64,000 nucleotides of DNA from NCBI GenBank assembly GCA_052035525.1, contig JBPOHN010000035.1, forward strand, positions 7,135 to 71,134, written 5' to 3'. The translations under genes and the position numbers were made by a program. Of this stretch, positions 61,499 through 64,000 are shown in pieces. The notes under the pieces are model-generated. The model was not told the origin of the DNA. It searched no databases and saw only the letters and a program-made list of their open reading frames with translations. Every line of letters starts with the position of its first letter. Position 1 is the first letter of the stretch. The stretch is from Armatimonadota bacterium. GTDB lineage: Bacteria; Armatimonadota; UBA5829.

Positions 61499-62098
61499 GT
61501 GCGCGTGACCGCGGAATTCGTGAAGAGCGTTGCGAAAATGGACCAGTTGCCCAGGGAGCGCCTGCCGGAGATCGCGCTCGTCGGGCGGTCGAACGTCGGC
61601 AAATCGTCGCTCATCAACACCCTCACCGGCAACTCGCGTCTCGCACACACGTCGAACAAGCCCGGCCGGACGCAGACGCTGAACTACTACCTGATCAAGC
61701 CAGAGGGCGGCAGACCCTTCTACCTTGTGGATATGCCGGGCTACGGCTACGCGGCGATCAACAAGGTCGTCCGGGGCGAGTGGGAGGAACTGATCGGCCG
61801 CTATGCGACTTCGCGCGAGCAGCTATGCGGGATCATCCAGCTAATCGACCTCCGCCACCCGCCGCAGCCGCTCGACCACGACGTATCACAGTGGCTCCAG
61901 GCTCACGACCAGAACGTGCTCGTTGTCGGCACCAAGGCTGATAAGATCGCCAAGACCAAAGTCCCCGAAGCGATGCTGCAGGTGGCCGAGAAGCTCAACA
62001 TCGACTCCCGCGACACGCTCGCCTTTTCCGCCCAAACCGGCTTCAATAAGGACAAGGTGTGGGGTTGGATTCTCGAGGCAACAGGCAACAGGGGATAG
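61499..62098 (+). CDS. engB: Ribosome-biogenesis GTPase YsxC/EngB
   Basis: G1 motif GRSNVGKSSLIN, G3 motif DMPGYG, G4 motif TKADK. GTG start at 61499 follows GGGAGAG. The track's upstream extension overlaps ppa out of frame. Confidence 0.85.
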   Translation: MRVTAEFVKSVAKMDQLPRERLPEIALVGRSNVGKSSLINTLTGNSRLAHTSNKPGRTQTLNYYLIKPEGGRPFYLVDMPGYGYAAINKVVRGEWEELIGRYATSREQLCGIIQLIDLRHPPQPLDHDVSQWLQAHDQNVLVVGTKADKIAKTKVPEAMLQVAEKLNIDSRDTLAFSAQTGFNKDKVWGWILEATGNRG

Positions 62099-62162
62099 CT
62101 CTCCCCCCGAGGCGCAGTGGGTTTGGGGGAAGTCGTTACGGATCCCTCCGACCCCACCCCAG

Positions 62163-62185
62163 CCCTCCCCTTCGTAAGGGGAGGG
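62163..62185. repeat. Solo G/C-stem hairpin repeat between convergent genes
   Basis: CCCTCCCC-TTCGTAA-GGGGAGGG. Confidence 0.7.
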
Positions 62186-62189
62186 AGCA

Positions 62190-63023
62190 CTACCGCACCG
62201 CAGTCTCACGACCCCTGGGACCGGCAGCCCAGCTTCCCAGCAACCGCACAGCATTCCCGCCGGTGATTGCCTCGATTTCCGCCTCAGTAAATGGTAATGC
62301 ACGGATGGCGGCGAGTTCTGCTGATTGGTCCGTCCAGGGCGAGTCTGTGGCGAACAGCACGCGCTCGGGGCCGTGCGCCTTGATCAGCGCGGTGATCGCC
62401 TCGGGACCGAGATCGGCCATGGAATAGGACGTGTCAAAGTAGACTTCCCGACCGACGAGGTAGCGCTCAACGCCCTCCCAGCACCTGTAACCGCCCATGT
62501 GCGCGGCGATGACTGTGAGATCGGGGACGGCATCGAGCACCCTCGCGAGCCTGTCTGGAGGGCAGTGCACCGGCGGCGGGAGCCCGATATCGATCCCTGC
62601 GTGGAACAGCACGATCAGGCCCGCATCCGCAAGAGCTCTGTAGATCGGAACGAGACCCGGGTCATCGACGAAGAATTCCTGGTAATCGGGGTGGAACTTC
62701 ACGCCCTTGATGCCATCGGCGGCGATTCGATCGATCTCTTCCCGCCAGTCCTCCTGCGCGGGATGGATCGAGCCGAAACTAATGAGGTCTGAGCTGCCCG
62801 CGTTGATCTCAGCCGCCCAACGATTGATGCTGCGGGCCTGCGAGGGCTTGGTGGCGATAGGCATAACAACCGATCTGTCGATTCCAGCCTTTCGCATCGA
62901 GTCCTGCAGTTGTGCGCACGTTCCATCCAGAACCGGCGGCACCCCGCAGTTCGCTTCCAGCACCTCCATAGCGCGCCCGGCAATCGCGTCGGGGAAACAG
63001 TGGGTATGTATGTCGATGACCAT
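62190..63023 (-). CDS. Amidohydrolase-2 family metal-dependent hydrolase (TIM barrel)
   Basis: N-terminal VIDIHTHCFP, with HAG and FATDSPW blocks. Confidence 0.7.
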   Translation of the reverse strand: MVIDIHTHCFPDAIAGRAMEVLEANCGVPPVLDGTCAQLQDSMRKAGIDRSVVMPIATKPSQARSINRWAAEINAGSSDLISFGSIHPAQEDWREEIDRIAADGIKGVKFHPDYQEFFVDDPGLVPIYRALADAGLIVLFHAGIDIGLPPPVHCPPDRLARVLDAVPDLTVIAAHMGGYRCWEGVERYLVGREVYFDTSYSMADLGPEAITALIKAHGPERVLFATDSPWTDQSAELAAIRALPFTEAEIEAITGGNAVRLLGSWAAGPRGRETAVR

Positions 63024-63152
63024 GGCCAGTTAACCCTCCGGGTGTATTGTAGAACTATGGGCATGGAAGTTCAAGAGTGGAGGGTGGAGAGTCCAGAGGC
63101 AGAAGGTCTTGCTCTTGAACTCGCCACTCTCAGACAATAAGCTGTTTTTCGT

Positions 63153-63182
63153 TTGACACCCCCGCTCACGGTGTGCTAATAT
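63153..63182 (+). promoter_or_regulatory. Sigma70-type promoter upstream of topA
   Basis: TTGACA, an 18-nt spacer, then TAATAT. This implies a 5' leader of about 160 nt. Confidence 0.45.
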
Positions 63183-63349
63183 CACTCTCCGTACCGCCAT
63201 CCCCGCTGAAATCCCTCGCTTGGGACTCTGTCGGGCCAATTTGGCGGTGAGACATGAAGGGTACTGGCCAGCCTCTGTCCTGGCCTGTCCGAGGCGGTAT
63301 ACCGAACGCCACGGACAAGACTGCAGAATCGGTAAGGATAGGATCATAT

Positions 63350-64000
63350 ATGGCGAAATCGCTGATAATAGTTGAGTCGCCCGCGAAGACGAGAACGCTG
63401 AAGAGCTTCCTCGGTGCGGGTTACGATATAGAAGCAAGCATGGGTCACGTGCGCGACTTGCCCAAGAGCAAGCTCGGCGTAGAGATCGAAAAGGGCTTCC
63501 AGCCGCAGTACGTCACCATCCCTGAGCGGCGGGATGTGATCAAGAAACTCAAGGACGCGGCGAAGAAGGCAGAAGTCGTGTATCTCGCCTCGGACCCTGA
63601 CCGCGAGGGCGAGGCCATAGCGTGGCACCTGCGTGAGACGCTCGGGCTTGAGAATGCGCGCCGCATCCAGTTCAACGAAATCACCGCCACCGCCGTGAGG
63701 GAAGCGCTCGAGAACGCCCACGACATCAACAGCGACCTCGTGAACGCCCAGCAGGCGCGCAGGGTGCTCGACAGGCTCGTGGGCTACATGCTCAGCCCGC
63801 TCCTCTGGCGCAAAGTCAAGAAGAACCTGAGCGCCGGCAGGGTGCAGTCCGTTGCCGTGAGGCTCATCTGCGACCGCGAGCGCGAGATCAGCGCTTTCGT
63901 GCCGGTCGAGTACTGGTCGATCGTCGCAACACTCACGCCCCTGGAGAAAGAGCACCTCTTTGAGGCGAGACTCCTCTCCTGCGCTGGCACGAAATGTGAG
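63350..64000 (+). CDS. topA: DNA topoisomerase I (5' part; continues beyond the window)
   Basis: Hand-translated as [22 protein letters not shown]...[14 protein letters not shown]...[13 protein letters not shown]...SAGRVQSVA. It is absent from the track because no stop lies in the window. Confidence 0.9.
   Translation, partial: MAKSLIIVESPAKTRTLKSFLGAGYDIEASMGHVRDLPKSKLGVEIEKGFQPQYVTIPERRDVIKKLKDAAKKAEVVYLASDPDREGEAIAWHLRETLGLENARRIQFNEITATAVREALENAHDINSDLVNAQQARRVLDRLVGYMLSPLLWRKVKKNLSAGRVQSVAVRLICDREREISAFVPVEYWSIVATLTPLEKEHLFEARLLSCAGTKCE

Noticed and set aside
63069-63120. Inverted repeat GTTCAAGAG-N33-CTCTTGAAC upstream of topA, considered as a terminator or ncRNA
   Set aside because: The loop is long, there is no adjacent T-tract, and it lies between divergent gene starts. 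Evidence for any function is insufficient.

Overview
GC-rich bacterial chromosomal segment (about 60% GC by eye, not computed) with roughly 52 protein-coding genes. I saw no rRNA, tRNA, CRISPR array, transposase, integrase or prophage genes. All calls rest on reading the ORF translations and DNA directly; no searches were run.

Gene content:
(1) Secreted carbohydrate-active and cell-wall enzymes. These are two paralogous beta-helix (pectate-lyase-superfamily) enzymes, a clan-A GH5-like enzyme, an (alpha/alpha)6 protein, a GH99/WbsX-like enzyme, a GH116 enzyme, an SGNH hydrolase and a 1027-aa multidomain amidase.
(2) A sugar-uptake locus: ThuA, a Gfo/Idh/MocA oxidoreductase, and an ABC transporter with two permeases and a binding protein.
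(3) Housekeeping genes: trmFO, guaB, rdgB, rph, murI, an amiC-like amidase, hrcA, a Lon-like protease, pyrK-pyrD-pyrF, ald, hcp, ppa, engB and the start of topA.

A DUF1559/H-X9-DG prepilin-like protein, a PEP-CTERM tail and GerMN domains hint at an Armatimonadota/Planctomycetota-like organism, but the taxon cannot be fixed from the sequence.

I did not find a convincing multi-gene novel system such as a defence island or biosynthetic cluster. The unusual signals are at the DNA level:
(a) At least four families of short repeats, several copies sitting in-frame inside conserved genes. trmFO carries three different families and rdgB carries a three-unit array.
- A C(5-8)TT-NNN-AAG(5-8) hairpin family that forms arrays with about 30-38 bp periodicity.
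- A 25-nt GCATCCTGAGCYTGTCGAAGGGTCG element.
- GGTTnGAA octamer runs.
- Heptamer tandem repeats.
(b) Three decayed toxin-antitoxin modules (HigB/HigA, a MNT-HEPN fusion, and MNT plus an internally deleted HepT). In each, the toxin catalytic part is missing while the antitoxin part is intact.
(c) A sigma70 promoter fused to a CIRCE-like operator at hrcA.
(d) A class-II-positioned palindrome upstream of hcp.

Many long ORFs in the track are antisense artefacts of the high GC content and were rejected.
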